From Macrostomum lignano (lineage: Eukaryota): a DNA stretch of 64,000 nt. Positions 1 through 14,296 of the stretch are shown in pieces. The notes below the pieces were generated by a model. It was not told the DNA's origin. It worked only from the letters and a program-made list of their open reading frames with translations, and made no database searches. Numbering within the stretch: position 1 is the first letter of the stretch; each line of letters starts with the position of its first letter. The translations under genes and the position numbers were made by a program. The stretch covers positions 1 through 64,000 of the forward strand of contig NIVC01000968.1 in NCBI GenBank assembly GCA_002269645.1, read 5' to 3'.

Positions 1-1988
1 CCCCCCCTCGGTGACATCTGGGCAGCGAGCGCCCGGAAGCCTGAACTCCCTATGCGCGCTAATCTCTCTCCCCTTCTGAGACCCCGCCTGGGCAGACAGC
101 GGTCACCGCGGGCCTGCTAGGTGGAGCTGCCGGGTTGGCGGCCCGAATCCGGCATGAGGAGTTTTCTGTCTCTCGCATTGTCTGCCCGCTCCCCCCTCAC
201 TTTCCCTCGCTAATCCCGCGCCATGCAACAGCTTCTTCTAAGCAGCGAGTGGGAGAGAGTGAATGGGAAGCATTTCAGGGCAGCCAAATATTTTGCCACC
301 CAGAATATGGCAAAATAGGAGGGGGGGCTGTGCAGGCAACCTCACAACCGAAGGCACAAAATGATTCACCACCAACAATAGTCCCGACCGTGCCAGGCTA
401 ATCCCAGCTAACAAGAGCAGCAAAGCATTTTTTCGGCTCTTCCATTTAGTTGGCTACTTTTGCGGCCTCGCGCGTGAAAGTAAGCAAAAACTGCTGCTGT
501 CACGCGCCGCTGACGGTGGCCGACGACTTTTGAATTGCGGAACAGCAAGAGAAGGGTTGGATAGGAAAGCGGAAAGGTTAGAATAGATAGAGAGAGAGAG
601 AGAGCGGAACCCGGTCGAAGGACTTGAGCGCGGGCCACTTATGCCGACCCGCTGCTGCTCATAGACAGACAGGAAGGTGGCGGGAAGGCCCGGAGCTGAG
701 AGCCTCTGCCTGCTGCTGCTGCAGGTCTGGATGACAGTGGCGTGCCAGCCACTGAAGAGCAACCACTCTCTCTCAATTCATTGAGTCCCGCGCTGCTTTG
801 CAGGCCCGTTTCCGGGTGGCAGGACTGAGAGGGAAAGTAAAGTGAGTGTTTGCTGAGCTCGTCACATTGCAGCCCCCAGCCGCTGGGGTGAACAAAAACT
901 GAGCGAGTGATTCTTCAGCTCTTCAACTCTTCAGCTCTTTGCACCTTAGCAAGGCCGGTGAAAGTTTTGGAAGGGCGCGCCTGCCCCCAGCACGCCTAAA
1001 TGCTGGCGCATTGTTGGAGAGCTGGGGCGCGCTCTTGAGCCCTCATCTTTTATCCCAGTCATGGGGAGATAGTGCCCCCACCTATCCCCTCAGCAGTCAC
1101 CTCCCCCCCCCTTAATCAGCTTGATTTGCCACTATGATTGACAGTGACGGACAGCCGCGCATGGGGTGAAAGCTGCGGCAGTTTAGGCAGGCAGGCGGCT
1201 GCCTCCAGTGAGGCCTGGAGGAGGGCTGGGAGCTATGAAAAAATGAGGACCAGACAGACAGTAGAAGTAAAACGATCCCATTTTGTAGATGGTCCTTTTT
1301 GATCGCATATAGACTATTGAGAGAAAGCGAGTGCTGGCAGTGAGAGGGTGAAAATGAGTGGATAGCACCCCCCAGGTGTGTCATCCGGGACGTTTGCTGC
1401 TGCCAAACACTTCGGTGTTTGAGTTTGGCCCGCGCCAGGTCTCTCGCCTGGTTCCGCATCCATAATCCGCTTAGATCTATTTCGCGGCACAGATATATAG
1501 CTAGAGAGAGAGTAGTCGGAATGGGGGAAAGGAGATTTAAAGCAAAGAGGGAAGCCCCCCCCTTGATGCGATCCCACCTGGCTGTAGAGCTGGCGGGCGG
1601 AAAAGTTGAAAGCTAGCCAACCTAGATGGCCTGATGATCCCCCGGTGCTGTTTGCTCTGGCGAGTGCCACCACAAACACACGCGGAGTTTTCTGACCGCC
1701 TTTTATCTACAGTGCCGCTGCAGATTGCATTCTGCTTTTAGGCGGCAGTCATTTGCGCGAGCAGAGTGCAGAAACTGGCTGCATCCGCCACCAGCATGCA
1801 TTGTCTCGCCGCTTTGGCACAAACAGCTTTGGAATGCGGGAGCTAACCTTGACGACTGGGTGTAAAGCAGAGACGATTTGAGACTATTTGGAAACTTCCT
1901 CATCTGACTGCTTTGTAGGATATTTGGGCTCATCTTCTTTAATGCTCTGACGTGTACATGCCTGGTCTATCAGTATAATAGTTCGTTG

Positions 1989-2200
1989 AATGGATTGCTA
2001 ATCTAGCCTACTTTAATAAAGTAATGGAATGGATTACTAATCTAGTCAACTTTAAGAAAGGAGTAGAATGGATTGCTAGTCTAGCTTATCAATACAGGAA
2101 TAGAATCGATTGTTAATTTAACCTACTTTAATAAAGGATTAGAATGGATTACTAATCTAGCCTACTTCAATAAAGAAATAGAATGGATTGCTAATCTAGC
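1989..2200. repeat. Degenerate ~39-bp tandem repeat (~5.5 copies)
   Basis: AATGGATT(G/A)CTAATCTAGCCTACTTTAATAAAG-like unit recurs at 1989, 2028 and onward. Confidence 0.85.
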
Positions 2201-3896
2201 AGAGATAATGCGCTGGAAACTCAAAGCTACAGATTGACAGCAATAGAGAATGAATGCACTTTGCCAGGTGACACAATCAGTCTTTATCCAGACAGGTGAG
2301 TGGCCACCCGCTGGGATTTCTCTTTGCAGTTCCCAATCCCACTGCCGGGTGAGTGAGAAAGCAGAAAATATGAATAGAGGAGTTCAGCTCGCGGAAGCAG
2401 TCCGCAGAGGGCCAGAAAAGAAAGTTGCTGCAACACCTGGCCTTTATCTGCTACAGTGCCACATAGCTTACGCTAAGCCTGGCCTGCGCGCCCAGCACAA
2501 TTTCCACCGGGACAAATCCCACTCTTGAATATTTCGCTAGTCTCGTGTTGCTCGGCACAGCCACTTTTTTCAACTCGCCACGCTAGCAGCGACTGGGAGA
2601 AAAAGACGAGGTGCGGGCAAGTGAGAGCTGGGAGCGGCCTGGAGGGGTGGCAGGGGGCAGGACCGATAAAAGAGGCGTTGCAAAAGCTAAGTGGTCTCGG
2701 AATTCGGAAGCATTTTGCGTATGTGGAGAGGCGGAAAGCAGGAGAAATAGAGAGGGAGAGTTACTACATTGAGCCTTTGAGCAAACAGTGCTCAATGAAG
2801 CCAATTGTCAAATTCTTCAACACAACGCAGGCCTCGGGGGTCCCTGGGACGCAAAGTGGTTTCATAGTTTCAGACGAATCCTGTTTGTGTAGTTTTTTTA
2901 ACTCGACTACAGCGCCGTGTTTTTTGTCCGCTCTTCAACGCTGAGCTTCGCTGAGTGGGCACAGTTCGCTGCAGCAGCTGCCGCGACAGCTGCCTGGAAG
3001 ATCTCGGCCTGAGGGAGCTTCCAGCAACTCCTCCGAGTGCCACTTCTGTCCGACGTTACACGACTGCGTACACACGCACTTGACTTGTGACTGCGGAATC
3101 GCAATGCAACTTGTTACGGAGATCTTCACTTCAGTGGGGGCTTTTGCTCTCTGAGCCGCTTGAACACGTCCTGGGAAGAAGCTCTGTGAGACCTACTATA
3201 TCTCTGTATATCCGCGTCACTTATTCTGTTAGATTCTTCATCTCTCCATGGGCTGATTTCATTTGTCCTTCTCTGCTATGGGGTCAGCTGACACCTTGAC
3301 CCCCTATAGATCCTACACTGCATCGCCCTCAGGCCTGTGACCAAGGTTAATAGCGTAGTAACCATCTGCCAGTAGAGCATAGGGCCTGCGCGCCTCATCA
3401 GGTTTGACTGGCAGGGACTGCGGAACTCTCAGAGTTGGTCAGTCAATTATTTTATGAGAGCTGGCGACAGAGCAAAATGACTACACTTATTTATCCTCAC
3501 TTCAGGCCTGTATGACAATTATGAATAAAGTTACTCTCCGCCATCTCGTGTCAGGCAGGCAATGGGCCGGCACAGTTTGCTTGTCTGTTACCGCTGCTGC
3601 TGCTGCTGCTGCTGCTGCAGATCTTTAAAGAGGCAAAAGTGAGTGGGCAATCCGATGCATGATAATTCCCACTTAATTTTGGTGGCGACCTCCCTCTGAG
3701 CGAGGCTGCTGTAAATGTTGCTCTTGGCAAAGCTATTTGTCTGCTTTCTGCTTCTAAAAGCCGGAAAGCTTAGCGGAAGTGAGTGGCCATTTTGCGCATT
3801 AGGGCTGCACTTAATTGACTAAAACACGGGTGAATAGAGGACCTCGACTTAACATGTATATATACTATGATTGCATATAGTCAACTTCATAATGCC

Positions 3897-3902
3897 TTTA
3901 TT
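3897..3902 (-). terminator. Candidate poly(A) signal of the Fezf gene
   Basis: AATAAA on the minus strand about 590 nt downstream of the stop codon; assignment rests on motif and position only. Confidence 0.4.
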
Positions 3903-4492
3903 GTGTATTTAGCGTGTGTATTGTGTGTGTTTTGAAATTTGACTCCGCAACTTCGGCGACAAGTCACTGTGAGAATTTTTTATCAAACAGCAATTTATAA
4001 TAACATTTAGAAACAAAATTGTCAATATTGAATAGAAAGCGGCATGCTGGACAGTGGGAACTCGCTCAAGTACAATACAAGATTGGAGAAGCAAAAAAAG
4101 AACCTCGAGGTTCAAACTGACAACAGCAAAGCATTTAAGACAGTTCTGCAGCTGTGGCATGTAGTTCTTGCACTTTCGAATGGAAGTGTTAAGCTTTCTA
4201 ATATAGAGCAGATTAGCGGACGCATACAAGTCTGATTGTCTGGAACTGCTGTAATCCTGTGAGTTGTGGGGAAAAAAACACGCTGGTCTGTCTGTGCGGA
4301 AGAGATACTTAGAGCGGTGCAACAGATAGGCAAACTCACTATACAGGTACACTGGGGAGCTATGAGTATAATAGTATGGCTCGAATAACTATTTAGTGTG
4401 AAGAGAACATTCGGACAGTTCAAGCATAGTTCAGCGCAGCGCGTGTGTGTACACAATAAGCAGCAAAATGGTCATTACAGGTGCAGCAGGAC

Positions 4493-5307
4493 TCACTGCT
4501 TGCCGGGGAAGTATGCAGGGCCGCCAAACAGCGGCGGCAAGTAGAACGGCATGGGCGGGAAACCCGCCGCCACCGACGAAGCTGCTGCTGGCGGCTGCGG
4601 CGGCGGCGGTACAGCGACCTGCTGCGGAGGCGACAGGCCCGCAGCTGCGGCTGCTGCCGCCGCTGCCGCCGCCGCTGCAGCTGCGAAGTCCCGTTTGATG
4701 CCGCCGAACACAGCGTGATGATGCTGGAGGTGGTGGTGGCGGGTCAGCCCGGCTGCCTTGAACGGCTCCGCCGACTGTCGCTGCCCTCGGTGGCTGTTCT
4801 GGTGCTGCTGGCCGTGCGGCCTCGGCGGCTGGCGGCCCGCAGCCGGGCTGGCGTCGTCGCTATCTTCGCAGACTCCGCCGCGCGGCTTCTCGGCAGACGA
4901 GTCGAGATCATCGCTGATGCCGCCGCCGCTGCCGCTCGGCCTTCGGTGGTGGCTCCGGTGGCCGTGGTGTCGGCTGCCTCGCCCGACAGCTGGAGCAGCG
5001 GCGGCGCCGGCCAGAGCGGCGCTCACCGTCACAGCCGAGGACGGATCGGCACCTTCGTGCAGCTTCCTGATGTGCTTCTTCAGGTCGAAGTTGCGGCAGA
5101 AGCCTTTGTTGCAGATGGCGCAGCTGAACGGCTTCTGCTCATTGTGGGTGTGCATGTGGAATGTCAGGTTGTAGATCTGGTGGAAGGCTTTGTTGCAGAT
5201 GTTGCACTTGTATTGCTTCTCGCTGGAGTGCGTCAGCTTGTGGTTCTTGTAGTTTCCCTTCTGGTGGAAACCTTTGCCGCAGATTTCACACTTGTAAGGC
5301 TTGTAGC
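4493..5307 (-). CDS. fezf: Fezf-family zinc finger protein, exon 4 (ZF4-ZF6 plus ~187-aa low-complexity tail)
   Basis: Acceptor ccaccgcag|GC, phase 1. Encodes [50 protein letters not shown] and [24 protein letters not shown], nearly identical to FEZF1/2 fingers 4-6. TGA at 4495-4493. Confidence 0.95.
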
Positions 5308-5440
5308 CTGCGGTGGTTGAATTAAATGGGTTGAGACTTGAAATGAAATTTGGTAGAGGCGGATAGCGGTGGATTGGGGGCGGATAAGGACTCTTAAGGT
5401 ATGAGCCGGATTCTGTCTCTGACCATGTAGGGTGGATAAA

Positions 5441-5905
5441 GGCGGATTCTGAAAGTGTGGGGTTGATAGGGGCAGATATTATGAAAGTGTGGGGTTGATA
5501 GGGGCAGATATTATGAAAGTGTGGGGTTGATAGGGGCAGATATTATGAAAATGTCGGGCGGCTAGGGGCGGATTCTGATGGTGTGGGCGGATAGGGGCGG
5601 ATTCTGAAGGTGTGGGGCGGATAGGGGCAGATTCTGAAGGTGTGGGGCGGATAGGGGTGGATTCTGAAGGTGTGGGGCGGATTCTGAAGGTGTGGGGCGG
5701 ATTCTGAAGGTGTGGGGCGGATTCTGAAGGTGTGGGGCGGATTCTGAAGGTGTGGGGCGGATTCTGAAGGTGTGGGGCGGATTCTGAAGGTGTGGGGCGG
5801 ATTCTGAAGGTGTGGGGCGGATTCTTAAGGTGTGAGGCGGATTCTGAAGGTGTGGGGCGGATTCTGAAGGTGTGGGGCGGATTCTTAAGGTGTGAGGCGG
5901 ATAGG
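5441..5905. repeat. Intronic minisatellite (32-bp and 21-bp units) in Fezf intron 3
   Basis: GCAGATATTATGAAAGTGTGGGGTTGATAGGG x~3, then GGCGGATTCTGAAGGTGTGGG repeats. Confidence 0.9.
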
Positions 5906-5911
5906 GGGTTA

Positions 5912-6190
<279 letters not shown>

Positions 6191-8216
6191 CTAATTTTTG
6201 TTAGCATTAATTTCGCCTCTCTTTATCTGTTTATTCTACCCAGATGAATTTTAGCGATTTGAAGTGATCGCTAATGGACGGGGGGACCCGGAGCGCCGGT
6301 GTTTCACTAATCGCTATGGGCTCATTACACCTGTCCTACCTGTGCAGAGCACAATGGTATACTCGGCCTTTTCATCACTGCAGCACTGCGGCGGTGCAGC
6401 AGCTGCCGCCCTCACTGAAGCACAACAAGCAGCCGGGTGAGTGTTTGCTCAAGGTGAGCTGCGAGCAATCGTGTATATGATAGTCATGTATTTCTGGCTC
6501 CAGAGATGCCCAGACCAAAAAACACACAGAGACGCCACGCGGCTTCCTCTCCCATGCTGATAAATGTTGAGAAAGAAAAGAATGCTCAAAGCATTTTTAT
6601 CCCAAGCAATTTGCCTTGTATAAATAATATTTTGCCAGCAAGTGCAGCGCAAAGGCAACACTTGTCACACTTGGGCGGCACTTCTGGGGAAGTCAAAAAC
6701 TGCCCCTGCAGCTCTGAGTTCTGCATTGTCAAATAAAATATATAGAGTTAGAGAGAAAGTGAGTGAGAGAGAGATTAAAATGATGAGGAAGCCAGCTCCA
6801 GTTGAATTTGTCTCCGCCATAGAAGCCAGCACTCCAGCGGGGAGGCAGGCAAGGCCTGTGGCGGCTGTTCAATTCAAGTTGTCATACAAGGGGAGCTATG
6901 AGGACTGCTGCTGCTGCTGCTAGTGGCGCTGGGAGTGCAGGTTGCTTTCTTTGTTGGAGCTCCACGTCATTGAAGTGGAGTGAAGAAAGTGAGGGGATGC
7001 TGAGGAGAGAGTTGCAGCGGCGGCGGCGGTGGCGGCAGCGGCGCCCCAGAGAGCAGCGGCTGGGTGTGCTGGGGGGGGGGCTCTCCAGCAAAAGTGGAAT
7101 TATTTACAACATTTATTCTGCAGCAGATCGATTCCGCAACCTTCTCCGCCCAACCTTTTACCAATCAATTCCCCCTGGCTAAACCAGAGGCACCCTGGTC
7201 TCTAAGTCCGCCGCCGCCCCCCTTCAGCTGTCTGTCAACCGCACGGCACGGCGCTCTGCCCATTTTTGCTCCTCAGCCGCCGCCTCCGCCTTTCCTTTCT
7301 TCACTGCCCTACCCCCAATCCCCCCCCCCTACTCTCTCTAAGCTGGCCACCTCCCGCTCCTCAATTCCCTAACAAAACCTGCAACTTTCCTTCTCACCTG
7401 CTGGCCGTTTCACCGGGGAACTGACAGGGCGGCGGCTGCAGTGGCAGCTAGGGGGGGTGGCATGACAGGGCAATGAAAGTGATGGCTGAAGGTAAGCCTT
7501 GCTGGGTTCGCGCCCGTTCCTTTTTTCTGAGGAGCCCCCGCCAGTTCCCTTTTCTATATAAGAGTAGGAAAATCGCGTGCCTGGGAGTTTGAAATAGAAG
7601 ATTAGCCCCGAGCACCTATCACTCTCAGGTCCCGTAGCCATCCAATCCGGCTAAATAACCATGCGGTATTTATTTATTTATAGATATTTTTCTAAAATGC
7701 AATTACTTCTCCCTACTATAGAGTAGCCAAGGGGTGAAAACTATGCATGGACTGGTCCGAGGGGTGGAGTGAAAGAGGGCGGGCTTTGAGAGTGACCCGG
7801 GATTCGCCGAACTTGCCGCGTCATCCGTGACTGACGCGACAACGATTAGACTCGCGACGATGGAGTGGGCGGAGAGGCTGCCTCAGCTGACTGACGGATT
7901 GAGTTTTCTCAGGCAACTATGGGTTGAAGTTGTGGGTGCAGCTGCTCGCAAATGGCCGCCTTGGCAGCTCGCCGTTGCGGAACTTTTGCAGTCGGCGCGC
8001 GTGAATGCCCAGCAAGACGGAAGCGGCGCTAAAATCTGCTTCTGGCCTACAGGGCTTGAGCTGGCATTGATCGCTGATGGGGGACTGCTCACCGCTAGCT
8101 CACCTTTGATTGCCAGTCCACTTTCGCTACTCGTTTCTGGCCAACTCACTGCTCACTGCCCACTGCTCACGTATGGCCATGTAGATATCCTGTACAGCTG
8201 TTCGACTACCATGTAT

Positions 8217-8831
8217 GTAGCTACTCAACTGCCACTGTAACTACTCAGCTACCACTGTAGCTACTCAATTGCCCCTGTAGCTACTCACCTACCACTCTAG
8301 CTACTCAGATACCCCTGTAGCTACTCAACTACCCCTGTGGCTACTCAGCTACTCCTGTAGAAACTCAACAGCCTCTGTAACTACTCAGCCACCCCTGTCG
8401 CAACTCATTTGCCCATGTATCTACTCAGCTACCCCTGTAGATACTCAACTACCTTGAAGCTACTCAGCTACCTCTGTAGCAACTCAATTGCCCCTGTAAC
8501 TACTCAGTTACTACAGTAGCTACTCAACTTCCACTGTAGTTACTCAGCTACCACTTTAGCTACTGAGCTACCACTTTAGCTACTCAACTTCCACTGTAGT
8601 TACTCAGCTACCACTTTAGCTACTGAGCTACCACTTTAGATACTCAGCTACCACTTTAGCTACTGAGCTACCACTTTAGCTACTCAGCTACCACTTTAGC
8701 TACTGAGCTACCACTTTAGCTACTGAGCTACCACTGCAGCTACTAAACTACAACTTTAGCTACTGAGCTACCACTTTAGCTACTCAGCTACCACTGCAGC
8801 TACTAAACTACCACTTTAGCTACTCAGCTAC
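8217..8831. repeat. 20-bp minisatellite in Fezf intron 2
   Basis: TAGCTACTCAGCTACCACT(T/G) unit, ~30 copies, more homogeneous toward the right end. Confidence 0.9.
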
Positions 8832-10248
8832 AGAGGCATTGAAGCAATAAATTTCACGGATTCCCAGTTTCCGCTGCCACCGCCACCATCAGCTGCAGCA
8901 ACAACAGCAGCTCAGAAATTTTACTTTTCCCGTGGCACCACCCGCTGCGCTGATGTTTTGTGTTGCTTTTTTACTCTTTCTTATTCCAGCAAAGCTGCCG
9001 CAGCAGCACCCCCTCACGGCTGACTCCCCGAAAGAATGAGTATCAGGCCATACAGGTGAGGCGGCTGAGTTCCTTCCCAGCGGGTGACTCCTCCATCCAT
9101 CTGCATGGGCTCCCATCCCGGGAAAAAAGTAGAAGGCAAAATTTTCAAATTTTAAAAATTCCTTGGGCGTAAAAGCATACCCAGGGAGCGACACTTCTGA
9201 AAGACAATTTTCTTTCACCCCGGTTCCACTCGAGGAAGCAACCCTAACCATCCGTTATGTGCTTATTTTGTTTCTCAATTCATTGCTTTCTGAAAATTGT
9301 CTTCAATTTCTTGAGGTGTTCACTGTCTACTGCTTTTACTCAGCGTCTATTCTTTCAGTTTTTATATTGTTAAGAAGGTCATTTGTGCCGACTGACGAAG
9401 CTCACCGAGAGCCGCCGTTGAGACCGGCAGGCACTGCAGCGAGTGCAGTGCTCTAATCACTTTCGAGTGAAGCCCTACTTTTCGTATGCTTTTTCTTCTG
9501 CTTTCGGCTGTTGCTTTGAAGTGCTTTCGTAGAAAGGGAAAGCATCAAGCTTAAAGGAACCAACTGGCGGACTCAAGTTGTGATTGTTGCTATTAAATAC
9601 TTTTTCTACATCTCAGCGCCTGGGGTGATGACGAGTGCCCCCCCCCCACCCATAAAGACGCTGGTTTTGGAGTCAACAGGCGGCTTCAAAAGAACTCAGC
9701 CGCCTGTCGAAAGGCAGAAAAGTCGAATAAAAAATGGAACAAAGATTTTGGAGTTTGAGCGACCATCTAGAGATGAAGATGAAGAGAGAAAGAAGCTGCA
9801 GTCGGGCGGGCAAGCAGTTGGAGGGTGTCTTCAAAGACCAAGGAACGCTTCGAAATAAGGTTTGGCCCTCCAAGGAAGCGGAAAGCCATTAAAAACACAG
9901 TGCGACAGCGGAATACTGCCCCAGTTGCTAGGCAGTTCCCCATATGCAGGATGAATTATGCAATTTGCCGGTGAGAGCGGGGATTCCATAGGGAATATCA
10001 AATGCGCTTCTAGGAATGACTGCAGTTTTTTATTGTAGGGATTTTCATTCTCCAAGGTCACCTGTGGGAACTCGCTGTGTGGCAGATGGAGCATCTGAGC
10101 TGCGCTCTTCAGCTGCACCGCTCTCAATTTCTGGGATGCTGACAATTTGCATTTGGGCTGCTCGAATCGAGTCTCGTTCGATTTATTATTCATTTGTGGA
10201 ATTTCAGTGCCAAAGATGAGTTAAATAGCCTTACCTACCTAAACAAGG

Positions 10249-10576
<328 letters not shown>

Positions 10577-11951
10577 CATTACAGACAGATATTGTTATGC
10601 TTCCGCAGCTAAAAATTTAATAGTGTTTCAGTCGCGCAGCACATTAATTTATGAGTCTCCAAGGGAGCTTGCAGTGTGTTGTGCTTATGCGTCTTCTTCA
10701 GTTATTGTTGCCAAGGCCAGAAGCCAAGGCTGTCAAGGGGCTGGAGAGCAATATACTATAGAGGGGGGCTAGACACCCATAGCTTGTATTAAGATGAGAA
10801 CCTCGGCCTGCATGCGAGTTGGGGCGCCATTTGGGGGAACGGAAGAGGTGTGAGAGCCGACTCGCATGACGCAAGAGACTGCCCGCTGAGAGCATTTAGC
10901 AACAAAACACTGGGTTCGGGGTGAGGGGTGGGACTCGAACGGCGAGGAAATGCTTAGTTCGGTGTCGGTGGGTAATATTTTGGGAGAATCGGCAGTGGGA
11001 AGGGTGAAACTCATTAAATGGGGGGGAGGGAAGGGAAACAACACCCGTGGGGGATTAAATGCTAACCCCAGGGGCTGAGGCCCATAGACATTGCGGGCTC
11101 CCGCCGTGAAAATAACCGGGGCACAGGAGGCCACCGGGGCACTTGGCTGCGATGCTCAAACTGTTCATATATCAGACTGCACTGCCGAGACTCAGAGCTC
11201 AACTGCCAATTGATGTTCCGAGCTCCGCGGGGCCATCTGACAGTCCTTCGTGCGGCTCGCTCCATCGCACAAAGGAAGTGTCGGATGAAACTATTGTCAG
11301 TTAACAACTTTTCGGGATCTGGATGGATGCGTGCCGGCCCTGTCCGGCCCCGCCTACTGAGCGGAAAAATTGTGTCAGAAAGGGAAAAAAGAATTAAGAA
11401 TTTCGGTCGGTTTGGCGAAGCGCAAAAACTGGATTGAATCAGTGCGGGCATGCAGCGCCGCCCAGATTGATGACACAGATGGATGGATGGAGAAGTTTCC
11501 AGTGCTAAAAAACTTGCTCTGGTATTAAGCGCGCGAGCTCGGCACTGGAGTAGCAATCTTGATGACTACACACGCTCGATCTAATTCACTTGGAAACAGA
11601 GGCTACTCAGCTCAATAGACCCCCGCAATCGGTGCGTAAAATCGAAGTCAATTTGCTACCCTGATAGGATTTGCCGCAAGGTGACAATTTTCTCGCAGCC
11701 GAAAAGCAGAGAAATTAATTCTCAGCTCAATATCGAATGGATTTATGAGGATCCTGCATCTGATGGGGTGAGCTTGCAGGAAACTGGGCCACGGACAGTT
11801 GCAAATACGGAAATTAGTCCCGTGCGGCGCCTTAGCGAGCGCCTTTCCGATTGAAGATAAAATCAATTCGTGGCCCAGGAGCAGAGTGGGGAGGCGCCCA
11901 GCATGTGTATCATTACTAATATAGATTGGCGAGTTGTTCCCACTCTCTCAC

Positions 11952-12441
11952 CTTGCAGATGAACGGCCTGGCGCCCGTGTGCACCGGCATGTGCCTGGTC
12001 AGGTTGTAGTGCGCGTTGAACACCTTGCCGCACTCCGGACAGGTGAACGTCTTCCCGGCCACTGCCTGCTTGCTGCCCGACGAGCCGCCACTGCCGGCAC
12101 CGTCCGCCGCGGTGGCGTTGCTGTCGTCTCCGCCGCCGATATCGCGTTCCTCTTCGTCCTCCTCCTCTTCCTCCTCCTCGTCCACGTCTTCATCCGCAGC
12201 TTCCTCATCCTCATCCTCCTCTTCCTCTTCGTTGGCGTCTTCTGTCGCAGCTGTCGAAGCCGCGGCCGCTGCTGCCAAGTCGCCTTTGTCTTCCGCCTCG
12301 TTGTCGTCGTCCTCCTCGCCGGCTGCGGACTCGGAGCGCCGCGACAGGGACAGGTTGGCGGCCGAGGCCGAGGAGCCGCGCTCCTGCTCTGCGGCGCTCA
12401 AGTTCGAGTAGTTCTCCGCCTCCTCTGATAGCGCCGGCTCG
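11952..12441 (-). CDS. fezf: Fezf exon 2 (acidic tract plus ZF1)
   Basis: aaaccgcag|C GAG ... TGC AAG|gtgag. 490 nt: poly-E/D tract, then [35 protein letters not shown]. Confidence 0.92.
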
Positions 12442-12547
12442 CTGCGGTTTCAGACAGGACAAATTCATTTTTGCATAGCGATTCAAGTATAAGACTATAT
12501 TCTACTAAATGCTACTAAAAATGATGAAAAATGTCGTATTAGCTTAC

Positions 12548-13458
12548 GCGCTTTTAATCGCTTGCGATGCTTCAATCAACCTTCGGTGTCCTCCGTTGCT
12601 CAAGTTTTCTGGCGTCGGCACAGGCATTGCTTGCTGCTGTTGTTGCTGTCGATGCAAGGTCTGAGGCTGCAGCTGCGGCAGCTGCGTCGGCGGCGGCGGC
12701 GGTGGCGGCAGCGGCACGGGCAGGGAAAGCGGCGGCGCAGCCTCCATCCTTGAATTCTTGTTGAACTTCCCGGTGGTGCCAGCGCCTCGCTGCTGACTGG
12801 ATTGGAATGATTGTGCCTGCGGTGGGGACAACACAGCCCGCCGCTGCTGCTGCTGCTGCTGCTGTAGACGCTGGACGGACGCCATCGTGGCCTGCTGATG
12901 CTGTTGCTGTAGAAACGCCGCCAGCAGCTGCTGATACTGCGGCGACATCAGCAGCGTCGGTGGAGGCGGTGGCGGCGGCGGTGGCGGCGGCAGTGGCGGC
13001 TGCTGCGACTGGCGCTGCTGATGTTGCAGTTTGGAATCGGCGGCAGCCACGGCGGCCAGCAGCGCGGCGTGGCCCGCCGGCGCGAAGGGCAGAAGGGGGG
13101 CCGGGCAGCCGCCAGCGGGGAAGCAGGGGAGACAGCGGTTGAGTTGATGATGCTGCTGCTGCTGGTGATGATGATGATGCAGCACTCCAGCGTCACCTCC
13201 ACAGCCGCCTCGTCTGGCGTGATGGTGGAAGCCAGACGCCGGCTCCTTGCGGGCAGTCGCGGCGGACTGAGCAGCGAACGGAGCCTCGGGCGGCTGCGAC
13301 CGCGCCATCTTGTAGGGTGGTGGGCGGCCCGCTGGAAGGGCGCTGGAGTGCGCCTTCTCCAGCAGCGGCGGGGCCTCCGCACCGTTGGCTCCACCGCCAC
13401 CGCCGCCGCCGCCGCAGTCATCGATCAAGGAAGCGATGGAGAACTTCAGGCCGCTCAT
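12548..13458 (-). CDS. fezf: Fezf exon 1 (eh1 Groucho-binding motif plus Q/P/A/H-rich region)
   Basis: ATG at 13458; MSGLKFSIASLI is an eh1 motif (FSIxxxI), typical of the Fezf N-terminus. Donor GC|gtaagc (phase 2) matches exon 2. Joined CDS is 2361 nt = 786 aa plus stop. Confidence 0.85.
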
Positions 13459-13589
13459 CTGAAGTCAAATGCGATCCAGTTCGTCACTGTAGTTTTTCAC
13501 TGTCAGCTGTTTGAAATTTCTAATCTGCTCAAAGCTTCTCTTAGCTGAATGAAGTGCCGATCAGTGTAATTATTTCGTGGCCCCGGGCC

Positions 13590-13990
13590 TGAGCAGCGCG
13601 GCAGTTAAATATGAAATCGAGGCGGGGCGGCCTAGCGGGGTGTTTGAGCAGGGCAGGGGGGGGGGGAGGCGGAGAAGCCGGTCCGGTTGGTTGGCTGTCA
13701 AATCGAGTCCCCAGTCTCAGTGAGCAGCTGCCGGCCCGCCCAAGTGCTCAGCCAGTCAGCCACCCCAACCCCTGCCAACTGCCGCCGGCCAACCCCAAAT
13801 CCGCTGCCGCTTGTCTGCGCCGGACCGCCCAGGTCCCGCCCTCCACTACTGAGCAGGTAAGGGTTGGGACCGCCAATAGGCGAACGGCTGGCCCAGTGCG
13901 ACCGTCCAATTGGGTGGCCAGCTACCTTTCCCAGCCTCTCGATGTTGCAGCTAGGAATTGCGAACTAATAGGAACTTGGTATGGTATTCG
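13590..13990 (-). promoter_or_regulatory. Possible Fezf proximal promoter (GC-rich, GC-box and CCAAT motifs)
   Basis: GC-rich island with GGGCGG and CCAAT/ATTGG motifs 130-530 nt upstream of the ATG; no start site evidence. Confidence 0.3.
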
Positions 13991-14004
13991 CGCTTAGGGT
14001 AATA

Positions 14005-14296
14005 GAGTGAGTTCATGAGTAACTTTATGAGTGAGTTTATGAGTGAGTTTATTGGTGAGTTTATGACTGATTTTATCAGTAAGTTCATCAATGAGTTTAT
14101 GAGTGAGTTTATGAGTGAGTTTATGAGTGAGCTCATGAGTGAGTTTATTGGTGAGTTTATGAGTGAGTTCATGAGTTCAAAAAGCCATGAGAACATATGT
14201 GAGTTCATGAGATCATGACTGAGTCCATGAGTGAATAATGAGTTCATGAATGAGTTCATGAGACCATAAGAACGTGAGCGAGCTCATGAGTGAGTG
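14005..14296. repeat. 12-bp minisatellite (ATGAGTGAGTT(C/T))
   Basis: Visible tandem unit. Confidence 0.9.

Noticed and set aside
12575-12581. Alternative Fezf exon 1 donor AG|GTTGAT
   Set aside because: Same phase and not excluded, but a weaker intronic consensus than GC|GTAAGC at 12547, so it was not used for the model.
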